50,951 bases of DNA from Patescibacteria group bacterium (GCA_038077975.1 JBBUGM010000027.1:1-50951), one strand, 5' to 3'; counted from the stretch's first letter, positions 36,488 through 45,104 are shown. The notes: a model not told the origin generated them from the letters alone. Numbers and translations: made by a program.

Positions 36488-36979
36488 ATGCAATTCCAAG
36501 TTCCCCAATTCATCGAAACGGAAGACAAGATAGTCGGGCCTTTTTCCATAAGGCAATTCATTTATATAGGCGCGGCCGGCATTGTGAGCTTCTTCCTTTA
36601 TTTCACGGTCGAGCTCTGGCTTTGGGTTTTGGGCACCGTTTTTTCGCTGGCGCTCGCAATGGGATTCGCCTTCATCAAGATAGAAGGGCGCGATTTAACG
36701 CATGTTCTCGCCGCGGCTTTGAACTTTTACTGGAAGCCACAAACCTACGTCTGGCAGCCGGAACATCCGGAAGTGCCGAAAAGCGAGGCGCTCGAAAAGG
36801 AAGCGGGAATTTCACTTGAAGACGTCCTTTCCGGTGCCGCGCTTCGAAACGCCTGGCGTGGGCTACAGACCGGCACGAAAGTTTCGCCTAGACAGGTCCT
36901 CGAGAAAGGAGAGAAATATCAGATCTTTCAAAAATTGAGCGGAGAACGCCGCGCCGCAAGGCGCATAGATTACAGATAA
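36488..36979 (+). CDS. prgI: PrgI-family (VirB3-like) membrane protein
   Basis: MQFQVPQFIETEDKIVGPFSIRQF followed by two TMs. Confidence 0.85.
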   Translation: MQFQVPQFIETEDKIVGPFSIRQFIYIGAAGIVSFFLYFTVELWLWVLGTVFSLALAMGFAFIKIEGRDLTHVLAAALNFYWKPQTYVWQPEHPEVPKSEALEKEAGISLEDVLSGAALRNAWRGLQTGTKVSPRQVLEKGEKYQIFQKLSGERRAARRIDYR

Positions 36980-37068
36980 TGCAAAAATCAAAATGCAAAA
37001 ACTGATTTCGAATGATAGAATTAATTAAACTTCATTTTGAATTTTGATTTTTTAATTTTGATCTAATT
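36978..37068. repeat. 7-nt periodic palindromic element (CAAAAT/TTTTGA family)
   Basis: atcaaaatgcaaaa is shared with 43143-43156 and with rsmA 29320-29333. Confidence 0.78.
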
Positions 37069-37070
37069 TT

Positions 37071-37742
37071 ATGCCCAAAGATCTCGGCAACACACAAGAC
37101 CTCGTGGCCATCGAGGAAATAAAAGAGGACACGGTGGTCCTCAAAGGCGGCGCCCTGCGGCAAATCATTATGGTGAGCGGCGTTAACTTCGCCTTGAAAT
37201 CGGAGGTAGAACAAAACGTGATAACGCAGTCGTATCAGAATTTTTTAAACGGACTCGATTTCAACATCCAGATCGTCATCCATTCGAGAAAAGTGAATGT
37301 GGAAAAATATCTTGGGATCATCACGCGCTTCGAAGAGATGGCAACGGTGCCCCTCATCAAAAACCAGGCGAGCGAATACAAAGAATTCATCCGCAGTTTC
37401 GTTTCCAAGAACGCGATCATGGAGAAAACGTTTCTTGTGCTCGTGCCTTTCGCCTCTGTTGCCTTGCCGAGCGCGGAATCCGTAACTTCCGGCATTTCTC
37501 TGCCGTTCTTCAAAAAGAAGGACGCGAAAGAAACGGAGGCGAAAGCGAAAGAGGCATCCGAAGAGCGCTTCAAGGAGGATCTGGCGCAACTTCGCCAGCG
37601 CACAACGCAAGTTGTGGACGGCCTTTACTCTGTCGGCCTTGAATCGGTGGTTCTGAACACTGAACAATTGATCCAGCTTTTCTATAATTTTTACAATCCG
37701 GAAACGATCGAAAGGGAGAATATGGAAATACCAAATCAATAA
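37071..37742 (+). CDS. T4SS-associated protein resembling the VirB4/TraE N-terminal region
   Basis: IIMVSGVNFALKSEVEQ...YQNFLNGLDFNIQIVIHSRK; lies between prgI and virB4. Confidence 0.72.
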   Translation: MPKDLGNTQDLVAIEEIKEDTVVLKGGALRQIIMVSGVNFALKSEVEQNVITQSYQNFLNGLDFNIQIVIHSRKVNVEKYLGIITRFEEMATVPLIKNQASEYKEFIRSFVSKNAIMEKTFLVLVPFASVALPSAESVTSGISLPFFKKKDAKETEAKAKEASEERFKEDLAQLRQRTTQVVDGLYSVGLESVVLNTEQLIQLFYNFYNPETIERENMEIPNQ

Positions 37743-37744
37743 AG

Positions 37745-37830
37745 TATCGATGCTAATCTGCGAATGAATACTAATTATACTAATGAATTTTTATTCGTAT
37801 CATTAGCATAATTCGTATATTCGTATCGAT
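37745..37830. repeat. Palindromic element, CGAAT/ATTCG family
   Basis: 16-nt identity with 17833-17848. Confidence 0.72.
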
Positions 37831-37839
37831 ACAATATCT

Positions 37840-39555
37840 ATGCCTGAAAATAATTTCAAAAACATCGCGAAGATAATAGCGCCCTCCGGCGTGCAGGTGC
37901 AGTCGAACAAGGCGAAGATCGGCAACAAAATCGCCAAGGCGTTCTTCGTTTTTTCTTATCCGCGCTATCTCGCGACCGGATGGTTCGAGCCCCTGATCAA
38001 CCTCCCCTACCTTTTCGATGCCTCCGTCTTCATAGACCCGATAGACACGGGCACGGCTTTGAAAAACCTACGAAAAAAGGCGGCGCAGATCGAGTCGCAG
38101 ATCAACGACCAGCAGGAAAAAGGGCTCGTGCGCGACCCCCTGCTCGAAACCGCCCTCCAGGACGTGGAGACCCTGCGCGATACACTCCAAACCTCGCAGG
38201 AAAAGCTCTTTGATGTCGGCCTTTATGTGACGATCTATGCCGACACCGACGACGAACTTGCGAAAGTCGAGTCGAAGCTTATCTCTCTTCTCGAAGCAAA
38301 GCTTGTCTACTTGAAGCCGGCGCTTTTCGAACAGCTTGAGGGCATTTTCTCGACCCTCCCCTTGGTTGACGACAAGTTGAAGATACACACGCCGATGAAC
38401 TCGGGGCCGGTTTCGTCTTTCTTCCCGTTCGTCTCCGAAGATCTTTCTTCCAACGAAGGAATTCTCTACGGCGTGAACCTCCACAACCAAAGTTTGGTCA
38501 TCTTCGACAGATTCTCGCTTGAAAACGCGAACCAGGTAGTTTTCGCGAAATCCGGCGCCGGAAAATCGTACGCCACGAAACTCGAGATCATCAGAGCCCT
38601 GATGACTGATGTCGAAAACATTATCATCATCGACCCCGAGAACGAATACAAAAAACTGGCGGAGACGTTCGGCGGCAGCTGGTTCAATATCTCGCTCTCT
38701 TCGAAAGAGCATATCAACCCATTCGACATACCCATGGTTCCCGAAGATGAATCTCCCGCAGACGTTTTGCGCTCTCACATCGTGAACCTTACGAGCTTAC
38801 TCAAGCTCATGCTCGGAAAGATCGCCCCGGAAGAAGAGGCGCTCCTCGACCGCGCCGTCACGGAAACCTACGCTTCGCGTGAGATCTCACCGAACAGGGA
38901 TTTCTCGGGCATCGAGCCGCCACTCCTCGAAGACCTCGAAACGGTTCTCCGCAATCTTGAGGGCGGCCGTTCGATGGCGGAGAGATTATACAAATACACA
39001 AAGGGTAGTTTTTCCGGCTTCATCAACCAGCCGACGAACGTGGACATGTCTAACCGGCTTATCGTTTTTTCCATCCGCGATCTTGAGGAAGAGCTACGGC
39101 CGATCGCTATGTTCGTCATTTTGAACTTTATTTGGAACCTTATACGCGCAAAACTTTCAAAGCGCCTACTTTTGATTGACGAGGCGTGGATCATGATGAA
39201 GAACGAAGACGCCGCCACTTTCCTTTTCGGAATGGTGAAACGCGCGAGAAAATATTATTTGGGCGTGACGACGATTACGCAGGACGTGGAGGACTTCTTG
39301 CGTTCGCCTTACGGCAGGCCGATCATCACAAACTCTTCTCTCCAGCTTTTATTAAAACAGGCGCCGGCAACGATCGAGCTTGTGGCGAAAGCTTTTAATT
39401 TAACTGAAACGGAAAAGAATTTCCTTCTGGGCTCCGAGGTCGGAACCGGACTTTTCTTCGCCGGCCGCAGGCACGTGGCGATCCAGATCGTCGCGTCTTA
39501 TTTCGAGGATCAGATAATCACGACAAACCCGGCGGAACTTTTGGAAGGAAAGTAG
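37840..39555 (+). CDS. virB4: VirB4-like T4SS ATPase
   Basis: ILYGVN, FDRFSLENAN, Walker A FAKSGAGKS, IIDPENEY, INPFD, Walker B LLIDEAW, RARKY, TITQDVEDF. Confidence 0.93.
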   Translation: MPENNFKNIAKIIAPSGVQVQSNKAKIGNKIAKAFFVFSYPRYLATGWFEPLINLPYLFDASVFIDPIDTGTALKNLRKKAAQIESQINDQQEKGLVRDPLLETALQDVETLRDTLQTSQEKLFDVGLYVTIYADTDDELAKVESKLISLLEAKLVYLKPALFEQLEGIFSTLPLVDDKLKIHTPMNSGPVSSFFPFVSEDLSSNEGILYGVNLHNQSLVIFDRFSLENANQVVFAKSGAGKSYATKLEIIRALMTDVENIIIIDPENEYKKLAETFGGSWFNISLSSKEHINPFDIPMVPEDESPADVLRSHIVNLTSLLKLMLGKIAPEEEALLDRAVTETYASREISPNRDFSGIEPPLLEDLETVLRNLEGGRSMAERLYKYTKGSFSGFINQPTNVDMSNRLIVFSIRDLEEELRPIAMFVILNFIWNLIRAKLSKRLLLIDEAWIMMKNEDAATFLFGMVKRARKYYLGVTTITQDVEDFLRSPYGRPIITNSSLQLLLKQAPATIELVAKAFNLTETEKNFLLGSEVGTGLFFAGRRHVAIQIVASYFEDQIITTNPAELLEGK

Positions 39556-39604
39556 CCCGCCAATGGACGCTAATATTACCGCTAATTTACGCTAAAAATT
39601 AAAG

Positions 39605-40333
39605 ATGAACGAGGCCGAAGGAGAGAAAAAAATAGATCTGGTATTAGGAATCATTCTGATGCTTCTCGCCCTGCTTTCAGACGGGACGGACGCGTTAGCC
39701 GCCGCCGCTTTCGCGATCCCTGTTTTAGGCCAAATCACATACCTTTTAAACGCCTTTCTTATATCGCCCGTCGTTTGGGCGATCATACAATTTTCATTTA
39801 TAATGAAAATGGGGTTTGCGGGAAGAGTTGGCTTGATGAATTTGACCGGCGGAATTTTGAATGTGATAGGCATCCCCGGAAGTGAAACTTTAGCAACTTC
39901 CATCGCAATTTGGTTCGCCAACCATCCGAAGGCAGCGGCTGTAGCGCAGGTCGCAACTGGAAAAGTTGGAGCGGCGGGTGGCAAAGCGGCGGCGGCAGAA
40001 AAAGCAGGCGCCGTTGCGGGAGGCGGCGCGGTCGCGGAAAAAACAGCCGCCGGAGCCGCGGGAGCGGCAAGGGCCGAACGCGGAGCCGAAGCGGCGGTAG
40101 AGGCCGAACGCGGAGTGGCCGGCGCAGAACGCGCGGCGGTTTCGGAGGGCAGAGCAGCCGAAGGCGCGCCGAGAGAACCGGGCAAGGGTGTCTCGGAAGA
40201 AGCAATGGGCGTCAAACCGGAAGAAGCGGAAAATCTGCCGAGAAAACTTTTGGAGGAGTTCCCCGAAGCCAAAAGAGAAGAAGAAGCCGAAAGCGAGGGC
40301 GAAGGAGAGGAGGAGTTGCCGAAGGCAGTATAG
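39605..40333 (+). CDS. Membrane protein with an Ala/Gly-rich then Glu-rich tail
   Basis: Hydrophobic N-terminal half followed by low-complexity AAGGKAAAAEK...EEE. Confidence 0.78.
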   Translation: MNEAEGEKKIDLVLGIILMLLALLSDGTDALAAAAFAIPVLGQITYLLNAFLISPVVWAIIQFSFIMKMGFAGRVGLMNLTGGILNVIGIPGSETLATSIAIWFANHPKAAAVAQVATGKVGAAGGKAAAAEKAGAVAGGGAVAEKTAAGAAGAARAERGAEAAVEAERGVAGAERAAVSEGRAAEGAPREPGKGVSEEAMGVKPEEAENLPRKLLEEFPEAKREEEAESEGEGEEELPKAV

Positions 40334-40339
40334 ACACAA

Positions 40340-40480
40340 AAAACCAAAATTGTAAATCACAAATTACAAGCACCAAATTACAAACAAATTCCAATAACCA
40401 AAATAAAAATTCCAAACCTTTCGAATTTCGGATTTATAATTTTGATATTGTTTGTGATTTGAAATTTGTAATTTACCTAT
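40340..40480. repeat. 7-nt periodic palindromic element (CAAATT/AATTTG family)
   Basis: 32-nt taaatcacaaattacaagcaccaaattacaaa is identical at 40353-40384 and 41208-41239. Confidence 0.85.
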
Positions 40481-40503
40481 GGGGTAGTTGAAAAAATTTA
40501 AAA

Positions 40504-41199
40504 ATGGCAACACAAAATTTAGCAATTAAGTTTATTGTAGTTGCGGCGCTTGTCGCCCTGTTTTTTGCCGCGCAGTTCTTGAGCGCGCAGGCACAAGCGC
40601 AGCCATATCTTTGGATAACATGGCACGCGGAAAGCTACGCGCCGCCCGGCTTCGGAGGGAAAATCTTGCCGACGGCCGGCTCGCCCATCACCGCGTCTTT
40701 TGAAGTGATCGGCGGCGGCAAACCGGCTAACGTTTCCGCGCAAACCGTTTATTGGTATTTGAATAATGAGCTTATTTCGAACAAGGCGGGTACAAAAACC
40801 GTGAAATTCAACGCACCCTCAAGAACTTCCGCGCTTTTGGATCTGCGCATCGAGCTTCCCACATATCCTGGGGGACTTCTTCTTCGAACGGCGCGGATTC
40901 CTGTCGTCTCACCGGAAGCCGTAATTGAAGCGCCTTATCCGGATAAAGCGTTTTCCGGCGCGCAAATAAAAGCAACGGGAAGGCCTTACTTTTTCAACAT
41001 ACAAAACATTTCAGAGCTTAACTTTTCATGGAGCGTTGACGGACAAACTCCGGGTTCTCTCGAGCGCCCGCAGGAACTTATCGTTAATCTCGACCCTAGC
41101 TCGCCGATGGGAACCGCCGTGAACCTCGCCCTCACTATCCTCAACGCGAAAAACCAAGCGGAGTCGGGCTCCGGATTCCTAATATTGAGAAAACAATAG
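40504..41199 (+). CDS. Secreted protein with two Ig/PKD-like beta domains
   Basis: Signal peptide ending AQA; VYWYLNN and FSWSVDG motifs. Confidence 0.78.
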   Translation: MATQNLAIKFIVVAALVALFFAAQFLSAQAQAQPYLWITWHAESYAPPGFGGKILPTAGSPITASFEVIGGGKPANVSAQTVYWYLNNELISNKAGTKTVKFNAPSRTSALLDLRIELPTYPGGLLLRTARIPVVSPEAVIEAPYPDKAFSGAQIKATGRPYFFNIQNISELNFSWSVDGQTPGSLERPQELIVNLDPSSPMGTAVNLALTILNAKNQAESGSGFLILRKQ

Positions 41200-41204
41200 C
41201 AGTC

Positions 41205-41432
41205 GGTTAAATCACAAATTACAAGCACCAAATTACAAATTAATATTAAAAGTCAAAAACATCTGTCATTCTCGGACTCGATCCGAGAATTCAGGATCGT
41301 CCAAGAAACTAGATTCCCGCTTTCGCGGGAATGACAGGGAATATCATTTTGGTCATTGAAATTTGTTTGTGATTTGTAATTTCGAATTTGTGATTTTAGC
41401 CGCTTGGGATTTGATTAGGTCAATTAGAAATT
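41205..41432. repeat. Composite: heptamer palindrome with a nested REP (41264-41336), then a 29-nt dispersed repeat
   Basis: tgtcatt...gattcccgctttcgcgggaatgaca between heptamer arms; ttgggatttgattaggtcaattagaaatt is identical at 41404-41432 and 44477-44505. Confidence 0.8.
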
Positions 41433-41433
41433 T

Positions 41434-41799
41434 ATGAGTAATAATATTATCATTTATCTGCCCCTGTTTCTTTTTCTGCTTTTGTTTCTGCCTTCTGCAA
41501 GCGTGCACGCGGTTGATTTTTCGCTTCCGGGCGGAATACACACAGAAGCCGAGGGCACACCGGGGATCATTGATGATATTTACAGATTTTCACTGTTCTC
41601 CGCCGGAATCCTTGCGTTCGGCGCGATCGTCTACGGAGGAATCAAATACACTTTTGCGGCGGGGAATCCTTCGGGGCAAAGCGAGGGAAAAGAATGGGTG
41701 AAGGGCGCGCTTTTGGGCCTCCTGCTCCTTGCTGGAGCGTATCTCATACTCCGAACCATCAACCCGCAATTAGTACAATTAAGATTACCGACACTATAA
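41434..41799 (+). CDS. TrbC/VirB2-like T4SS pilin
   Basis: Signal peptide (SVHA-V); AFGAIVYGGIKYTFAAGNP...GKEWVKGALLGLLLLAGAYLILRTINP. Confidence 0.85.
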   Translation: MSNNIIIYLPLFLFLLLFLPSASVHAVDFSLPGGIHTEAEGTPGIIDDIYRFSLFSAGILAFGAIVYGGIKYTFAAGNPSGQSEGKEWVKGALLGLLLLAGAYLILRTINPQLVQLRLPTL

Positions 41800-41925
41800 T
41801 TTAATCTCTAAACTCAAAACCCTAATCTCTAAACAATTTCAAATGTCGAAATCCGAAACGGTTAGTTTTTGAAATTTGAGTTTTGGATTTGTTTAGAAAT
41901 TAGAAATTAGGATTTAGAAATTTGT
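41800..41925. repeat. 7-nt periodic palindromic element
   Basis: tttgagttttggatttgtttaga is identical at 41875-41897 and 44421-44443. Confidence 0.8.
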
Positions 41926-41931
41926 TTTACC

Positions 41932-43128
41932 ATGAAGCGCCTATCTTATCTCATAATCATTCTCGCGGTCGTGGCTTTGGTCGTTCTCATCGGCTATTTC
42001 TTGCGCTACAGAGCCGGCGAGCCGGCCACCTCCGGCGAGCCATCTCCGGGAGGACTTCCGGCGATCCCGACCGAGCCGATTTCCCAGCCCGGCGGGGAGG
42101 AGGGGGGCGGAGCCGTTACGCCACCGGCAGAAGTCGTCCAGCCGGGTGAGCAGAAGTTCGGGGTGATAGCGCAGAACCAGGTGTTCGACTTTTTTGTCGA
42201 CGCACAAAATAATACCGTTCTTATCCAGCCCGACGGGCAGGTTGTAAAAGTAGTAAAAGGAGAAGCGTCTGTCTTAAGTTCGTCAGTAATCAACAACTTA
42301 CGGCGGGCGGAGTTCTCTTATGACGGCAAATTCATCCTTGCTTCATTCGGCGGCGCAAGTGGACAAGAACACAGCATCTTTAATATCGATGCAAAATCCT
42401 GGAGCCCGCTTTCAGGGGGGATCTCGTCGCCAACATGGTCGCCGATGAACTACCAAATCACATATTTCCGCGAAAATGCCGGCGTAAAAACGCTTGAAAC
42501 GCTTAATACCGCCGATCCAAAAGCCAAACCGCAGGAGCTCACGCGTTTGAACGCCGAAGACCTGTTGCTCTCTTGGATAAGCCCGAACCAAATGATAATT
42601 GGCGAAAGGGGAAGCGCGCTTGTCGCGGGATCGCTTTGGAGCTTCGATACGCAGAAGAAAACCATGTCGTTATTCATGGATGGCGTACTTGGCCTTAATT
42701 CCGCATGGAGCGGTGAGGCATCAACTGGCCTTGTCTTTAGAACCGATGTCTCTCGCCGCGGAGGCACGCTTTCCTTATATGACGTGGCCGGCAATGCGCT
42801 TGCGAACCTTTCGTTCCTTTCCCTCCCTTCAAAATGCGCGTTTGACGCAGTCCCTGCGAATGGAACCGGAACGGCCGCCTCAAAATTCCTTTACTGCGCG
42901 ATCCCGGCAAATGCTGAAAGTTTCGGGAATTCCATGCTGCCGGATGATTACGAAAAACGCGCGCTCTTTGCTCGCGATGGATTCTTTAGGGTGGACCTTG
43001 CGGAGGGTGGCATTAAAGAACTTCTCACGGGACAGCTTGTTGACGGAAATCGGCTGAAGATCTTCGGAAAGAATCTGTTCTTCATAAACCGGCTTGATGG
43101 AAGATTGTACGCGCTGGCGCTAGAATAA
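41932..43128 (+). CDS. Membrane-anchored beta-propeller-like protein
   Basis: N-terminal TM, Pro/Gly linker, TolB-like FSYDG, WSP and WISP blade motifs. Confidence 0.72.
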   Translation: MKRLSYLIIILAVVALVVLIGYFLRYRAGEPATSGEPSPGGLPAIPTEPISQPGGEEGGGAVTPPAEVVQPGEQKFGVIAQNQVFDFFVDAQNNTVLIQPDGQVVKVVKGEASVLSSSVINNLRRAEFSYDGKFILASFGGASGQEHSIFNIDAKSWSPLSGGISSPTWSPMNYQITYFRENAGVKTLETLNTADPKAKPQELTRLNAEDLLLSWISPNQMIIGERGSALVAGSLWSFDTQKKTMSLFMDGVLGLNSAWSGEASTGLVFRTDVSRRGGTLSLYDVAGNALANLSFLSLPSKCAFDAVPANGTGTAASKFLYCAIPANAESFGNSMLPDDYEKRALFARDGFFRVDLAEGGIKELLTGQLVDGNRLKIFGKNLFFINRLDGRLYALALE

Positions 43129-43222
43129 TGCAAAATGCAAAAATCAAAATGCAAAATGACAATGTAAAAATTTTTAGATTAAAGATTTGTGTTTTTGATC
43201 TTTGATTTTTAAATTTTGATTT
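43128..43222. repeat. 7-nt periodic palindromic element between convergent genes
   Basis: tgcaaaa-tgcaaaa-atcaaaa-tgcaaaa left arm; ttttgat units on the right. Confidence 0.78.
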
Positions 43223-43643
43223 AAAGTGGTTTTATGACCACGCTTCTTTCTTTTCCGATACCGAAACTTTCGGTTTTTACTTCCGGATGCACCGCAAGCG
43301 TTACGTGCACGATTCGCCTTTCATAGGAATTCATCGCCGGTAAAGAAACGCTTTCTTTGGTTGAAACCGCTTTTTTGGCGGCGGCTTTCGCAAGTTCGGC
43401 TATCAAATTTTCTCTCTCTTGCCGGTAATTATTGATGTCGAAAAAAACCGACGATTCATTGTTCTTCTTCGCCACCATGTGGGCGAGATGATTAATGCTC
43501 TCCACCAGTATCGGCAAATTATCCTTGACGAGATTGGGGCTGTCATAAATAAATATCTGCCCCCGCTTTTCTTCCGGCTTCAATTCCACGCGAAAATCGC
43601 CGAATCCCATAAACTCAATTATTTTTTTGATCAAATTTTCCAT
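43221..43643 (-). CDS. jag: Jag/KhpB-like KH-R3H RNA-binding protein lacking the Jag-N domain
   Basis: FFDINNYRQERE, LPAMNSYERRIVH, ESFGIGKERSVVI. Confidence 0.85.
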   Translation of the reverse strand: MENLIKKIIEFMGFGDFRVELKPEEKRGQIFIYDSPNLVKDNLPILVESINHLAHMVAKKNNESSVFFDINNYRQERENLIAELAKAAAKKAVSTKESVSLPAMNSYERRIVHVTLAVHPEVKTESFGIGKERSVVIKPL

Positions 43644-44340
43644 CGTTCTTTAATTGCCTATTAATGATGATCTGCTGGAACACTGAAAAAAGGGAGGTCG
43701 CCGCCCAGTAAAGCGCGACAGCGGCCGGGAAATTGAAAAAGATGACGACCGTGATGATCGGGCCCACAAAAACCATGTTGTGAGCCATCTTTTCCTGCGT
43801 CGTCTGCGGCTTTTCACCTTTTTTCCACAGGGCCAGTTTTCCTTGAAAATACTGGGCTAAAGCGGCCAAACTCACAATAAGAATACTTGATTCGCCGAGG
43901 TTTATCAAACCAAAAAGGGTGTTGTGGATAACTTCCGGCCGCGCCACAAAAGGATATAAGCTGTCCAAAAATTCGGGTTTGAGCGTGTTCAAGAAAATCC
44001 TGTAAAGCGCGATCAATATCGGGAGCTGCACCAGGAGTATAAAAAATCCGGAAAAGGGATTGACGTTGTGTTCGCGATAAAGATGGAGCATCGCCTCCGC
44101 CTGTTTTTCTTTGTTAGCTTTATGCTCGTCTTGGATCTTTTTTACTTTCGGCTGAAGGCGCTGCATCACCATTTGATGCTTCGCGCCTTTGTGGAAGAGC
44201 GGATAAAGTATCAGCCGGACGATTATTGTAAGAATAATGATTGCGAGTCCAAGGTCTTCGAAGGCAACTGTGTTGTAAAGAAAAACCAACAAATTCAAAA
44301 GCGGCCTGTTAAGAATTTCGTTGTAGAGGAAAGAGAACAT
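43615..44340 (-). CDS. yidC: Membrane protein insertase YidC (short, monoderm type)
   Basis: GLAIIILTIIVRLILYPL, LQPKVKKIQ, NPFSG, LVQLPILIALY, AVALYWAAT. Confidence 0.93.
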   Translation of the reverse strand: MFSFLYNEILNRPLLNLLVFLYNTVAFEDLGLAIIILTIIVRLILYPLFHKGAKHQMVMQRLQPKVKKIQDEHKANKEKQAEAMLHLYREHNVNPFSGFFILLVQLPILIALYRIFLNTLKPEFLDSLYPFVARPEVIHNTLFGLINLGESSILIVSLAALAQYFQGKLALWKKGEKPQTTQEKMAHNMVFVGPIITVVIFFNFPAAVALYWAATSLFSVFQQIIINRQLKNDGKFDQKNN

Positions 44341-44344
44341 AGTA

Positions 44345-44512
44345 AGGGCAAAAAATTTCTAAATCCTAATTTCTAATCTCTAAATAATCTCAAACATCAA
44401 AGTTCAAAGGGGTTTTGGGGTTTGAGTTTTGGATTTGTTTAGAGATTAAGGTTTAGAGATGAGAGATTTCAAACTGTTGGGATTTGATTAGGTCAATTAG
44501 AAATTAGATTAA
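44345..44512. repeat. Heptamer palindromic elements between rnpA and yidC
   Basis: ttctaaa-tcctaat-ttctaat-ctctaaa left arm; identities with 41875-41897 and 41404-41432. Confidence 0.78.
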
Positions 44513-44839
44513 TTAGAAATTTTGCTTGATTTTTTCTCCAAACGTCCGAAGCGCTTCCTTAACTTCTTCCGCGGTTGCTTCGTTAATTTTTTTGAAAACT
44601 ATGACCAGAATGTCTTTTTGATTCTCTGCGGATTTTTTAATTTCATCGGCGATGATCCTTCTCCAAAAATTCCTCCTTGCGGCGTTTTTCACTGCCGCGG
44701 AAGAAATGATGATCCCGAATCTGGGGTGGACTACTTCGTTTTCGAAAACCTTTATCAAAAAGAATGGCAGCGAGATCGTTTGCTTCGGCTTTTTCCTTTT
44801 CGTTTCTTCTACGGCCAGACGAAATTTTTTGGAATACAT
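44513..44839 (-). CDS. rnpA: Ribonuclease P protein component
   Basis: RFGIIISSAAVKNAARRNFWRRII (RNR-like), DILVI; position after rpmH. Confidence 0.85.
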   Translation of the reverse strand: MYSKKFRLAVEETKRKKPKQTISLPFFLIKVFENEVVHPRFGIIISSAAVKNAARRNFWRRIIADEIKKSAENQKDILVIVFKKINEATAEEVKEALRTFGEKIKQNF

Positions 44840-44844
44840 ACGCT

Positions 44845-44933
44845 AACGCAAGCGATGCTAAACTACGAATCTCATGCGAATCTACGAAAAATAATTCGCG
44901 GCATTCGCATGTATTTGAAGATTCGAATCGCGA
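44845..44933. repeat. CGAAT/ATTCG-family element between rpmH and rnpA
   Basis: 44894-44931 matches pcrA 26963-27000 at 34 of 38 nt. Confidence 0.78.
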
Positions 44934-45068
44934 TTAAACCGTGAGTCGCCGCCTCCCTTTCTGCCTCCGGCGCGAAAGAACGCGTCTGCCTCCCGGACTT
45001 CTCCTTCTCCGCAAGAAGCCGTGGGTTCTGCTCCTTTTTCTTTTCTTTGGTTGGAACGTTATCGACAT
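44934..45068 (-). CDS. rpmH: 50S ribosomal protein L34 (not in the ORF track)
   Basis: [44 protein letters not shown], 44 aa. Confidence 0.95.
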   Translation of the reverse strand: MSITFQPKKRKRSRTHGFLRRRRSPGGRRVLSRRRQKGRRRLTV

Positions 45069-45075
45069 GGAAATC

Positions 45076-45104
45076 ATCGTATCACAGAGGAATCGTGCTG
45101 CCAA
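45076..45104 (-). promoter_or_regulatory. rpmH promoter, likely leaderless
   Basis: TTGGCA-17-(TGa)TACGAT, then 7 nt to ATG. Confidence 0.6.

Noticed and set aside
30235-43128. Integrative conjugative element
   Set aside because: No integrase, relaxase, coupling protein or flanking att repeats in the window, and the cluster shares host-type intergenic repeats.
43923-43931. Perfect DnaA box inside yidC
   Set aside because: It coincides with the codons for V-I-H-N, is isolated and lies 3 kb from the unwinding region; it may be chance.
36355-44512. Periodic intergenic repeats as CRISPR arrays
   Set aside because: The units are short, degenerate and tandem, with inverted arms; there are no constant 23-47 nt repeats with unique spacers and no cas genes.
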